Shown piece by piece: positions 36,648 through 46,028 of a stretch of 64,000 nucleotides of DNA. The first letter of the stretch is position 1. Every line of letters begins with the position of its first letter. The notes beneath the pieces were generated by a model. That model was not told where the DNA came from and searched no databases. It saw nothing but the letters and a program-made list of their open reading frames with translations. This stretch comes from Rhodospirillaceae bacterium (GTDB lineage Bacteria; Pseudomonadota; Alphaproteobacteria; GCA-2731375): assembly GCA_018660265.1 (NCBI GenBank), contig JABJKS010000106.1, forward strand, positions 1,144-65,143, in the 5' to 3' direction. The position numbers and the translations under genes are program-made.

Positions 36648-38663
36648 TTATTCAAAATGTCCGGCGATGCCAACAACGCCTGCCGCCTTTAACGAGTCTA
36701 TCTCATCATCCGGCAGGGAGAGAACCCGGCGCAAGACGAAATCATCGCCCTCCCCCAACAGCGGTGCCGTCTTGCGCAGGCCGGGGCGATGGCTGTTAAC
36801 CCGCCAAGGGGCAGCGACCAGGGCCTCATCCCCCGTGTAGGGGTGGGTGGAGGATATCCAACCGGAACAGTCCGCAAATACTGCCGAATTGTCGGTCTCA
36901 TCCAGTTCCAACAAATCTGCCCAGTGCCCGCCTAATGCGGTGCAGCGCTCAACAATATCAGCCCGGCTTAAACCCTCGAAATTTTCATCAGCGGCATCGC
37001 AGGGCACGGAGACGGCAATGAAAGATCCGTCTTTTGCCGTGACGATGGCATCACGGGTCGCGAGCGGTGGTGTCGGGGTTGCCGCCAATGTCGCGGCGGC
37101 CTCAATTTGGGAGACGTCAAAGGCCCGGCCCGTGCCGTCTTCTCCCGCAGCCAGGACGCCCGCCAGGAGGCCCATAGCCCCGAAGGCAGCTGCGTTGGGG
37201 TCGGAGAGGGAGAATGTGGGGGAGCCTAGGAATTCGCCGTCCTTGGTGATCAAATCCTCTGCCCCGCCCAGGGCGCTGAGCACCAGGCCGTAAGATCGCA
37301 GCTTTTCCACGGCTGAGCCTCGGCCGGGCCCGCTCATGGACATTTGTACCAAGGTCGGGTTGGCCTGAGCAAGATCGTCGGGACCCAGGCCAAGGCGCTC
37401 CATTGTGCCGACGGTGAAGTTCTCGATCAACAGATCGGACACGGCGGCCAGTTCCAGGGCCGTCTTGCGACCGTCGGGATGTTTCAGGTCAAGGGCCAGG
37501 CCGGTTTTGTTGCGGTTCAGGCTATGGAAATACAGGGAAGATTCGATGCGGGCCTTTTCCGGCATTTTTTTGCGCAGGGCTTCCAGGCCACGGGTGCGGT
37601 AGAGGTCAAAACGCCCAGGCGCTTCCATCTTGATGACTTCGGCTCCAAGGTCAGCCAGGATTTGACCGACCATGGGCCCAGACCAGACCCAGCACAATTC
37701 CAGACAACGCAGGCCCGCCAGGGGCGAACCGGCGACATCGTCATGTACACGCCGCTGCCGGTCCCGCGCTGCACCACCCGTCAGGGGTTGGATTTGGAAC
37801 GGCATCGCCGGTATGTCGTCAACAATGAAATTGTCGCGAAAAACGTCCCGGGCGGCAGCCTCCGCCTGACTATAGACCGGCGCGATCACAGCACCTTCGG
37901 CCAGGCCCCGTTGCAGCAACTCGTCCCGGCCCAAAGCCGACAAGGTGCCTTCCAGCAACCGGTCCGCCGCCGCACTGTCCCGCGCCAACACGAAAGGGTC
38001 CTGATAGGCTTCACCTTTGGCCCAGTCAGGATCGCCAACGGCTTTGCGGATGTTGTGCCAATCCCGCCGCGACCGTCCCAATAAGGCCACATAGCCATCT
38101 TTACAGGCGTAGAACCCCATGGGAAAGATGCCGCCGTGCTCAACGCACAGGCGACCATTGCGTCGCCAGGAGCGGACCATTTCTTCTGGCCCGCCGGAAT
38201 TTTGCAGGGAGAAGGAGCGCATAATATCGGCGGCGGAGACATCGTAGCGAACAGGCTTGCGCGCTTTGCCGTTGCCATTGCCATTTCGTTGCCGCCAGAC
38301 TTCAGCCAATGCCAGGATCACGCCATAGATACCGCACCATTTTTCGGGCATGTCGCTGGGCAGGGGGACGCCGGGGCCCCCTTTGTGACCAATCACGGCC
38401 GCGGCCCCTGATACAGCCGAGGCCAAGGCACCGGTGCCCGGATGCCCGACCTGGTAATCCCAAAGACGAATGACACAGTTGGCATCAGATGCCGTATCCC
38501 CGCCGACGACGGCAATATCCGTATCAGCCACGGCGGCATCGTCCCCGCCACCCAACATTCGCAGCCATTGCCGTGCGTAGGAGGTTGAGCGGTTGCTGGC
38601 AGTTACCGTAATTTCTGCTGCCGCTGAAAGGGGAACCTGTCTTGTTTTGCAGTCCTGGCTCAT
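36648..38663 (-). CDS. CoA-transferase family III (CaiB/BaiF-like), double-length 671 aa form
   Basis: The C-terminal half contains LRCLELCWVWSGPMVGQILADLGAEVIKMEAPGRFD, the CoA-transferase III N-terminal motif. The N-terminal half is divergent but of similar size. Confidence 0.7.
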   Translation of the reverse strand: MSQDCKTRQVPLSAAAEITVTASNRSTSYARQWLRMLGGGDDAAVADTDIAVVGGDTASDANCVIRLWDYQVGHPGTGALASAVSGAAAVIGHKGGPGVPLPSDMPEKWCGIYGVILALAEVWRQRNGNGNGKARKPVRYDVSAADIMRSFSLQNSGGPEEMVRSWRRNGRLCVEHGGIFPMGFYACKDGYVALLGRSRRDWHNIRKAVGDPDWAKGEAYQDPFVLARDSAAADRLLEGTLSALGRDELLQRGLAEGAVIAPVYSQAEAAARDVFRDNFIVDDIPAMPFQIQPLTGGAARDRQRRVHDDVAGSPLAGLRCLELCWVWSGPMVGQILADLGAEVIKMEAPGRFDLYRTRGLEALRKKMPEKARIESSLYFHSLNRNKTGLALDLKHPDGRKTALELAAVSDLLIENFTVGTMERLGLGPDDLAQANPTLVQMSMSGPGRGSAVEKLRSYGLVLSALGGAEDLITKDGEFLGSPTFSLSDPNAAAFGAMGLLAGVLAAGEDGTGRAFDVSQIEAAATLAATPTPPLATRDAIVTAKDGSFIAVSVPCDAADENFEGLSRADIVERCTALGGHWADLLELDETDNSAVFADCSGWISSTHPYTGDEALVAAPWRVNSHRPGLRKTAPLLGEGDDFVLRRVLSLPDDEIDSLKAAGVVGIAGHFE

Positions 38664-39811
38664 GCGGGCGCGAGCGGTAATGGAACGGGGCCATCCTGTC
38701 GTGAGGGCAAAGCAACCACGGCTGTGCCCGAGGCCGATAACAAGTCAGATTGATTGCGGGCTTCTACTTTTAGATCGAGGAACTTGGCAGCGCCCACCTC
38801 CCGTTTGCCCAGAACTTCGCCACGCCACCAGATCGTATCGCCGACCATGTTCGGCTGCAGCACATTGACTTTTAGTTGATGCAGAAAGCCGTGATCGCCG
38901 ATCCAGTTGGTCAGCATGTGCTGGCCCCAGGCGATACGTTGTGGCCCGACGTCATAGGCCCCGCCCATGCCGACGTCCCGGCCTGTTGAGGCCTCCAAAT
39001 GGCCGCGCCCGGCGGAATCCTTGGCACCTGTTTCCGCATTGATATGGTAATCGTCGTGGCGGCGGCGATAGCGCAAGGCATCGCCATGCACCCCACCATA
39101 ATGCAACGCGCCTTGGGCGGCGGCATACCAGGCCAGGATATCGGTGATGGTCAACGGACCCTTGATAACGGGGGGTACATGGGCACCCACGTCCACATCT
39201 TCCCAATATAAGGGTACGTTCCCTTGCCGGGGTTCGGCTAGAACCTGTTCTTCAATGTCCGCCAGTTCCGCCGGTTCATAGCGATAAGCCACATGGCCTT
39301 TGGGTTCTTCACCGTCCTTACGTTTGCGACCGTCGCCACGGGGCGTGCGGGCGCATTTTCCGATGGCCTCGGCGATCAGATTTCCGTCCTGGTTCCGATA
39401 AGACAGGGCACCGGTCTGTAACGCCCATTTGCCAAACCGGCGGCCGGTCTTCACCTCCTGCTTGATCAGTTTGACATCAATTTTGAAGCTGTCGTTGATG
39501 CGGATATGGTCGTACCAGGTCCATTCCGTACCGGCATAGATCCATTGCACCCCGGCCAATTTTGGTGCCACGATTGTGCAGTCCACGGCGTAAAGTATGC
39601 AGGGCGGGGCCAAAATTGTACCTGCAGGAGATTTAGCGGCATAGTCCGCATCAAACCACAGGGGATTGTCGTCGCCGACGCCCCAGGCGAAATGGCGGAT
39701 GGTGTCCCGCGTGGTGGCCTCAATCCACTGCATACGGTCGCGGCGCAGGGGCACACCGATCAATTCAGCCGCCGCTGCCAGGGTCTCATCGTTTATCTGC
39801 CCCCAAGTCAT
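38660..39811 (-). CDS. Double hot-dog (FAS1-like plus MaoC-like) acyl dehydratase/hydratase, a paralogue of 7906-9060
   Basis: A 383 aa protein that shares conserved blocks with the 7906-9060 product. Confidence 0.7.
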   Translation of the reverse strand: MTWGQINDETLAAAAELIGVPLRRDRMQWIEATTRDTIRHFAWGVGDDNPLWFDADYAAKSPAGTILAPPCILYAVDCTIVAPKLAGVQWIYAGTEWTWYDHIRINDSFKIDVKLIKQEVKTGRRFGKWALQTGALSYRNQDGNLIAEAIGKCARTPRGDGRKRKDGEEPKGHVAYRYEPAELADIEEQVLAEPRQGNVPLYWEDVDVGAHVPPVIKGPLTITDILAWYAAAQGALHYGGVHGDALRYRRRHDDYHINAETGAKDSAGRGHLEASTGRDVGMGGAYDVGPQRIAWGQHMLTNWIGDHGFLHQLKVNVLQPNMVGDTIWWRGEVLGKREVGAAKFLDLKVEARNQSDLLSASGTAVVALPSRQDGPVPLPLAPA

Positions 39812-39839
39812 GTCGTCACCTGCCTATTTTCTCCACCGG

Positions 39840-40889
39840 TTAGCTTTGGACATGGGGCATGACTTCTTTGGCGAACAGACGCAGCATATCCAGGCACTGT
39901 TGCACCCCATAGTAGGGCGGGTAATGCAGCATCAGGGAGGTGACGCCGATTTTCTCCAGCTCTTTAATGCGGCGGATCACGGTGTCGGGAGAGCCATGGA
40001 TAATGGTGGTATCCACCAAATTGTCGTAGGCAAACTGTGAAGCGTCATCTTTTTCCGTGACATCACCTAAATATCCGGCGGTATCACCCGACAGAAATGT
40101 CTTCATATGATAGGTGATGGCCGCCTCGCTCTCCTCCTTAGCCTTGGCATCGGTGGCTGCGACATAGACCATGCGGACAACGTCAAACTGTCCAAATGCC
40201 GGGTTCTGGTTTAGGGGTGCGGGTGCCGTTTTCATATGTTTTTGATAAAATTCGATGTTCTTGCCCAGCACCTCAATTGAAGGCAGAGAGCCCTGCATCA
40301 GGCCAAAGCCTTTTTCCGCTGCTAATTGCATAGAGTTTTCCGTGCCCGCGCCCATGAAAAAAGGCGGGTGGGGCCGTTGGACAGGTTGCGGGAAAATCTC
40401 GTAGCTTTCATCCATCTTGAACTTGAAGAATTTGCCGTCGGAATTGACCCGTTTTTTGTGGAAACCGTCCAATATCAGGTCTACCGCTTCGGCCTGACGC
40501 TCCCGCCGGCTGTCAAAATCAACACCCAGACCTTCGAATTCATATGGCCGATAGCCGGAACCAAGGCCCAACTGAAAGCGCCCCTCGCTCAAAATATCAA
40601 CAAAGGCGGCGTTTTCCACAATGCGCATGGGATGGTGCAAAGGCACCACCATTACTGCCGCCCCCAGTTTGATCCGCGTCGTTTTCGCGGCGAGATAGCT
40701 GAGATAGGCAAATGGATCCGGCATAATGCCGTAACGGTTGGAAAAATGATGCTCGGCGATCCAGATGCTATCAAAGCCTAATTCCTCGGCCTCAACGATT
40801 TCCCGTGTTACCCGCTCATGAATGGCTTGATGGGGGTAGACCTCTGTCTCCGGGTCCGGGTGGGACGTGAACAAAATACCAAACTTCAT
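39840..40889 (-). CDS. LLM-class (luciferase-like) flavin-dependent monooxygenase/oxidoreductase
   Basis: A 349 aa TIM barrel with the LLM signature (FDSIWIAEHHF). It is the first gene of the minus-strand operon. Confidence 0.8.
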   Translation of the reverse strand: MKFGILFTSHPDPETEVYPHQAIHERVTREIVEAEELGFDSIWIAEHHFSNRYGIMPDPFAYLSYLAAKTTRIKLGAAVMVVPLHHPMRIVENAAFVDILSEGRFQLGLGSGYRPYEFEGLGVDFDSRRERQAEAVDLILDGFHKKRVNSDGKFFKFKMDESYEIFPQPVQRPHPPFFMGAGTENSMQLAAEKGFGLMQGSLPSIEVLGKNIEFYQKHMKTAPAPLNQNPAFGQFDVVRMVYVAATDAKAKEESEAAITYHMKTFLSGDTAGYLGDVTEKDDASQFAYDNLVDTTIIHGSPDTVIRRIKELEKIGVTSLMLHYPPYYGVQQCLDMLRLFAKEVMPHVQS

Positions 40890-40951
40890 TTTGGTGCTTC
40901 CTCTATTTGCATCAACCTGACAGCAGCAAAATCATTATGGAACTGGACATA

Positions 40952-40986
40952 GTTGTCAATGTGCAATACTGTTGTCTATAGACAAT
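40952..40986. promoter_or_regulatory. Operator-like 35-bp motif, site 2: GTTGTCAATGTGCAATACTGTTGTCTATAGACAAT
   Basis: It has the 14-bp perfect palindrome TTGTCTATAGACAA at its core. It lies 12 to 46 nt upstream of the iclR start and inside the divergent promoter region of the LLM operon. Confidence 0.6.
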
Positions 40987-40997
40987 GGAATGACATA

Positions 40998-41798
40998 ATG
41001 ACCAATGCCGATGGGGCACGATCACAATCGAAATCATCAGGGGCCCCGGGGTCTGCAGGCCCCGCACGGCCCGTCACGGCGGTAAGCCGTGCTGCCAGCA
41101 TACTACGCTATTTAGGGCGTAGTCAGGTACCCCTGGGGGTCAATCGTATTGCCAGGGATTTGGATATTATCCCCAGCACGGCCCTGCATATCTTGCGCAC
41201 GTTGGCGCATGAAGATTTGGTGGTTTTTGATCCCAATACAAAGCGCTATGGACTTGGTGTCGGCGTTTTGGGTATCGCCCGCAACATGTTGGGCGGTAGT
41301 GGTTTTGTACAGGCGGCACAGGGCCATCTGAACGCCATTGCCGCGGAATTCGATATGGCTGCCATTGCCGTGGAATTGGACAGTCATGACCATATGGTGG
41401 TGACGGCTTTGGCGCGCTCCGGACTGGATCTGAGTATCCATGTCAATATTGGCAGCCATTTCCCGGCCTTGATTTCCGCGACGGGACGCTGCATCGCCGC
41501 CCAGCGCAACTGGGACCGGAAAGAATTGGCCGGGCGGTTCAAGGATTTACGCTGGCAGAACCCGCCGTCGTTCGAGGTTTGGCTGGAGGAGATTGAGGCG
41601 GCCCGTCGGAACGGCTTTGCCATTGATGACGGCAATTATATTCGGGGCATCATCATCGTGGCCGCACCCATTACCCAACCCCCAGGGGCACCCAGCCGGG
41701 CCATTGTTGCCGTCGGCGTGACCGGGCAGCTGGACGCTGGCCAACGCCAGACCCTGGCGCAAAAACTGCGGGCGGCAGCCGACAGTCTAGCTGCTTAG
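40998..41798 (+). CDS. IclR family transcriptional regulator
   Basis: The N-terminal HTH region (RAASILRYLGRSQVPLGVNRIARDLDIIPSTALHILRTL) and the C-terminal effector domain are typical of IclR proteins. Confidence 0.8.
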   Translation: MTNADGARSQSKSSGAPGSAGPARPVTAVSRAASILRYLGRSQVPLGVNRIARDLDIIPSTALHILRTLAHEDLVVFDPNTKRYGLGVGVLGIARNMLGGSGFVQAAQGHLNAIAAEFDMAAIAVELDSHDHMVVTALARSGLDLSIHVNIGSHFPALISATGRCIAAQRNWDRKELAGRFKDLRWQNPPSFEVWLEEIEAARRNGFAIDDGNYIRGIIIVAAPITQPPGAPSRAIVAVGVTGQLDAGQRQTLAQKLRAAADSLAA

Positions 41799-44134
41799 AT
41801 TTTTCCCAGCGCCCGTAGCAGCCGGGGCGGCGTGATGGGCGTTTCAGCGATTGAGGCCTTAAACGGTGCAATAGCATCGTTGACCGCATTCAGCACTGCG
41901 CCCACCGCACCCGCCGTTCCCGCTTCCCCCGCGCCCTTTGCCCCCAGTTCAGAGGTCTTGGTGGGGGTCTCAAGGTGGGCGACTTCAATATCGGGCATTT
42001 CACCGGCCATGGGGACCAGATAATCGGCGAAGCTGCCGGTCATGAGGTGGCCGTCTTCGTCATAGCGCAGCTCCTCGTACAAGGCCGCGCCTATACCTTG
42101 TACGACACCGCCGCGCACTTGTTCGCGCACCAACAAGGGGTTCAGGATACGACCGCAATCATGCACCACCAAATGGCGCAGGGGCGTGACGATGCCGCTG
42201 TCCACATCTACTTCCACAACGGCAATCTGTAGGCCGTTGCCCGCCAGGAACATGCGGTCACGGCTGCCGTAACGCTCCACCACCGTAAGATCGGCCGATA
42301 CGCCATCGGGGATCGTATAGGGTTGAAAGTGGCCAATGCGCCCGATCTCAGAGACCGCCATGTGCCGGCTGCCAGACGCGGCATCGATCACCACGCCCTG
42401 TTCGATGCTCAAATCGTTTGGCTCTTTTTGCAACAGGCTGGCCGCAATATTCAGGATATTGCCGCGCAATGTGCGCGCGGCCCCCAAGGCGGCTTCGCCG
42501 CCAAGGGCCGCACCACGGGAGCCCCAGGAACCGCCGCCCACGGGGCAAAGCGCGCTGTCTCCACTGATTACCTCGACGTCCGCCAGGGGGAGGCCCATAA
42601 CGCCGGCAACGACCTGTTGGATGCCGGTATCGATACCCTGGCCCTGGTCCGTAACGCCTGTATAGCAGCGCACGGTGCCGGAACCTTCCAAGCGTAACAG
42701 GCAGGTTTCCTGGGCCGAGATATGCTGGCCGCCTTCGCCATAATATTCCGGGCCAATCGCCGTCAGCTCCACGAAGGTGGCAATGCCGATGCCGCGATAG
42801 ATGCCTTGTTGGCCTAGTGCAGTCTGTGTCTCCCGAAACCCGGGCACATCGATCATCTGCAACGCTTTGTCCAGGCAACCGTTGAAGGACAGGCTTTCAA
42901 ATTCAACACCGCCCGCAGAGGTTCTGGGAAAATCGTCGTCGCTTAGATAGTTCATGCGCCGGACTTCGATAGGATCAAGACCAAAATCAGCCGCCCCCAT
43001 GTCCAGCAATCTTTCCGCCACGGCGCAGGCGATGGGGTGGCCCACGGATCGAATATGGCCCAGTATGCTTTTATTCAGGAAGGCCATGCGCAGACCTGCC
43101 CGATAATGTTCGTGGCCATAAGGTGCGCCGGTGAGGCGGGTAATCTGGTTGCCTTCGGCAATGGACGTGCGGGGATATTGGCCGTAGGCCCCGGCATTAA
43201 ACAGATCATCAACCTCAATGCCCAGAATTTTCCCGGCGGCGGAAAAGGCCATGCGGGCGTGCACCTCGTGATCCCGGCAGTGAATGTCGGAGAGGAAGCT
43301 TTCCAACCGGTCTGCAATGTATTTGACCGGACGGCACAATAGGCGGGCGGCCACGCAGGCGACCAGTTCATCGGCCATCAGGTGATGCTTCAGACCAAAG
43401 GCACCGCCCACGTCGGGACAGATCACCCGCACCTTGTGTTCGGGCAAAGCCAGTAGGCGGGCGTAAAGGTCTTGTTGTTGATGTGGGGTTTGGTGGGATT
43501 GGTGCACGGTCAGACGGTTTTCGCCTGGTTCAAATTCGGCAATGATGCCCCGGGGTTCCAGACTGACACCGGAATGACGGTTGAAGCGAAAATGCTCCTC
43601 AACCACGTGCGCTGCGTCCCTAAACGCCAAGGCCACATCGCCCGTCACAATTTCGGTTGAGAAGGCGAGGTTCGTGGTCATATCGTCATGCAGAACAGCG
43701 GCATCGGTGGCCAGGGCAGCCTTGGCATCGGTAACCGCCGGCAGTTCGTGCCAGGTGACGGCAACATGTTCCGCAGCGTCCTCGGCCTGGGCGCGGCTTT
43801 CGGCGACGACGGCAGCAACAGCTTCGCCCTGCCAGCGCGCGGTTTCCTTCGCCAGCGCATGCTGTTCCGGTGCCGCCATGGTTGGGAACAGCTTGTGTTC
43901 GGGCCGCCATGAGGAGACGGCGTCCTCCAGTTCCTTGGCGGTATAGACCGCGATCACACCCGGCATCGATATGGCTCCAGCCGTATCAATGGCTTCGATC
44001 CGGGCATGGGCATAGGGGCTTCGGACAAAGGCCAGATGCAGCATGCGGGGCAACTGAATATCATCCACGAACCGGCCACGGCCCGTCAGTAAGCGTTTCG
44101 CCCGATCCCTGGGAACTTCGGCACCGATGCTCAT
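41795..44134 (-). CDS. Xanthine dehydrogenase family molybdopterin-binding large subunit (CoxL/aldehyde oxidase-like)
   Basis: A 779 aa protein with the molybdopterin-binding domain architecture of this family. Confidence 0.85.
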   Translation of the reverse strand: MSIGAEVPRDRAKRLLTGRGRFVDDIQLPRMLHLAFVRSPYAHARIEAIDTAGAISMPGVIAVYTAKELEDAVSSWRPEHKLFPTMAAPEQHALAKETARWQGEAVAAVVAESRAQAEDAAEHVAVTWHELPAVTDAKAALATDAAVLHDDMTTNLAFSTEIVTGDVALAFRDAAHVVEEHFRFNRHSGVSLEPRGIIAEFEPGENRLTVHQSHQTPHQQQDLYARLLALPEHKVRVICPDVGGAFGLKHHLMADELVACVAARLLCRPVKYIADRLESFLSDIHCRDHEVHARMAFSAAGKILGIEVDDLFNAGAYGQYPRTSIAEGNQITRLTGAPYGHEHYRAGLRMAFLNKSILGHIRSVGHPIACAVAERLLDMGAADFGLDPIEVRRMNYLSDDDFPRTSAGGVEFESLSFNGCLDKALQMIDVPGFRETQTALGQQGIYRGIGIATFVELTAIGPEYYGEGGQHISAQETCLLRLEGSGTVRCYTGVTDQGQGIDTGIQQVVAGVMGLPLADVEVISGDSALCPVGGGSWGSRGAALGGEAALGAARTLRGNILNIAASLLQKEPNDLSIEQGVVIDAASGSRHMAVSEIGRIGHFQPYTIPDGVSADLTVVERYGSRDRMFLAGNGLQIAVVEVDVDSGIVTPLRHLVVHDCGRILNPLLVREQVRGGVVQGIGAALYEELRYDEDGHLMTGSFADYLVPMAGEMPDIEVAHLETPTKTSELGAKGAGEAGTAGAVGAVLNAVNDAIAPFKASIAETPITPPRLLRALGKI

Positions 44135-44598
44135 GATCTGCGCGCCTTGGCGACGGTTTCAACAGCATCGACAATGGCCTGATAGCCGGTGCAGCGGCAG
44201 AAGTTGCCTGAAAGGTAGTCGCGTATGTCATCACGGCTGGGGTCGGGGTTGGCGCGCAACAACTCCGCCGCGCTCAACAACATGCCCGGTGTGCAGAAAC
44301 CGCATTGCAGGGCATTCAAGGTATGGAACATCTGACGCAGGTCATCATCGACGCCGCCCTCGATTGTTTCAATCGCGCAGCCGTCTGCTTGGACGGCCAG
44401 GACCAGACAGCCGCGCACGGTCTCGCCGTCCATGACAATTGTGCAGGCCCCGCAGGCACCTTGCTCACAGCCCACATGGCTGCCGGTGAAGCCCAGATCA
44501 TGGCGCAGGAAATCCACCAGGTTCAGGCGTACGGGTACTTCGCGGGCGATCGCTTCACCATTCACCGTCAGGGCTATGCGCCAGTGTTTTGCCGTCAT
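44131..44598 (-). CDS. (2Fe-2S)-binding small subunit of a molybdenum hydroxylase (CoxS-like)
   Basis: Contains CEQGACGACT and C..C..C ferredoxin motifs plus a second cluster CGFCTPG. Confidence 0.85.
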   Translation of the reverse strand: MTAKHWRIALTVNGEAIAREVPVRLNLVDFLRHDLGFTGSHVGCEQGACGACTIVMDGETVRGCLVLAVQADGCAIETIEGGVDDDLRQMFHTLNALQCGFCTPGMLLSAAELLRANPDPSRDDIRDYLSGNFCRCTGYQAIVDAVETVAKARRS

Positions 44599-45425
44599 TG
44601 GGGTAGCCTCGAAAGGGCGCGGCGCAACAGCACCTGGACCAGATGGCGGCGATAGGCCGGGGGATAGGCAGGATCATCGGGCGGTTCAATCTCAGTTGCG
44701 ATCATCTCCATGGCCGCATCAACGGCTGTTGGGTTGGCAGATAGAAGCGCCATCGTCTGCCCCGCCAGGACAGGACGGTCGGCAACGCCAAGCAAGGCAA
44801 TGCGCAAACTGTTTGGTGCCGCAACCAGGGCCAGGCCGGCCATGGCGAAATCCCCGCGACGGCGGGCGATCTCCTCAAAGACGCTGATGCTATTGCGAAC
44901 GGGTTTCGGGATGCGGATTGCGGTCAGAATTTCATCTGGTTGCAGCGCTGTTTCATAGACCCCCTTGAAGAAATCCGACGCGGCAACCCAGCGTTGCTCC
45001 CGTCCCGAGAGCAGAGAAAATGCACCGTCCAGTGCTAGGCAACAGGCACCCAGTTCGGCGGCAGGATCGGCCATGGCCAGGCTGCCGCCAATGGTACCGC
45101 GGTGGCGCACCGCCGGGTGAGCGATATGGTTGATGGCTTGATGCAACAGGGGTAAATCCCGGCCTATCAGTGGACTATCCGCCAGATCGCAATGGCGCAA
45201 CAGCGCGCCAATCTCGATATAGTCGTCGCCTTCAGTAATCTGTTTCAAATCGTCCAGGCGACCGATATCGATCAACAGTTCCGGCGCGGCGAGGCGAAAG
45301 TTCAGGATCGGCAACAGGCTTTGCCCACCGGCGACGATGGCCGCATCGTCACCATGGCGGGCCAGCAGGCCCAGGGCGTCGGCCATGGATTCGGGCCTTT
45401 GATAGTCGAAGTCCGGGGCCTTCAA
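44595..45425 (-). CDS. FAD-binding medium subunit of a molybdenum hydroxylase (CoxM-like)
   Basis: A 276 aa protein with an FAD_binding_5 type fold (AGGQSLLP). Confidence 0.8.
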   Translation of the reverse strand: MKAPDFDYQRPESMADALGLLARHGDDAAIVAGGQSLLPILNFRLAAPELLIDIGRLDDLKQITEGDDYIEIGALLRHCDLADSPLIGRDLPLLHQAINHIAHPAVRHRGTIGGSLAMADPAAELGACCLALDGAFSLLSGREQRWVAASDFFKGVYETALQPDEILTAIRIPKPVRNSISVFEEIARRRGDFAMAGLALVAAPNSLRIALLGVADRPVLAGQTMALLSANPTAVDAAMEMIATEIEPPDDPAYPPAYRRHLVQVLLRRALSRLPQ

Positions 45426-45434
45426 GTGGGCGCC

Positions 45435-46013
45435 CTATTCGGCAGCGTCTTGATCCGGCAGGGAGATGGGGCAGTTATCTTCCCGGCTGACCAGATCAAA
45501 GACAAACAGGAACTTCGCCATTCCCACCAGGACGGCGAGGCAGACGCCCAGCTCAAATATCTCGCCATCATCAAAATGCTCCGACAGCGCCTGGTACAAC
45601 GGGCCGTTCATATAGCCATCCATGTTGGCCAGGGTCATTTCCTCACACAGCTCCAGGACGGCACGCTCCCGCGCATCGAAAACCGCATTGTCTGGGTCGA
45701 ACAGGGCATCCAATTGCGCCTGGGTCACGCCGTCGGCCAATGCGGCCTTGGAATTGCCACGGTTGCAAAAGGCGCAGCCGTGCATGGTGGACAGCTTCAT
45801 CCGCGCCAATTGCTTGATGCGTATATCTATCCGGCCACCATGGAACATCTGGGCGTAAAAGCTGTTGTAATACCAATCCAGCACTTCCGGGGCATTGCCC
45901 GCGACTTCAATCAACGTCGCCTCGTCCCGGTCGCGCATGGCATTGTCCCACAGAACCTGCAGGTCGGGGGGCAATTGGTCTCTGGAAACTTTTTTCAGTC
46001 GTGGATCAGGCAT
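45435..46013 (-). CDS. Carboxymuconolactone decarboxylase (AhpD-like) family protein
   Basis: A 192 aa protein with the CxxC-like motif HGCAFC in an AhpD-like helical fold. Confidence 0.6.
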   Translation of the reverse strand: MPDPRLKKVSRDQLPPDLQVLWDNAMRDRDEATLIEVAGNAPEVLDWYYNSFYAQMFHGGRIDIRIKQLARMKLSTMHGCAFCNRGNSKAALADGVTQAQLDALFDPDNAVFDARERAVLELCEEMTLANMDGYMNGPLYQALSEHFDDGEIFELGVCLAVLVGMAKFLFVFDLVSREDNCPISLPDQDAAE

Positions 46014-46028
46014 GCTCGTGCTCCTTCA

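Noticed and set aside
37344-38084. 246 aa plus-strand ORF
   Set aside because: Antisense to the CoA-transferase gene.
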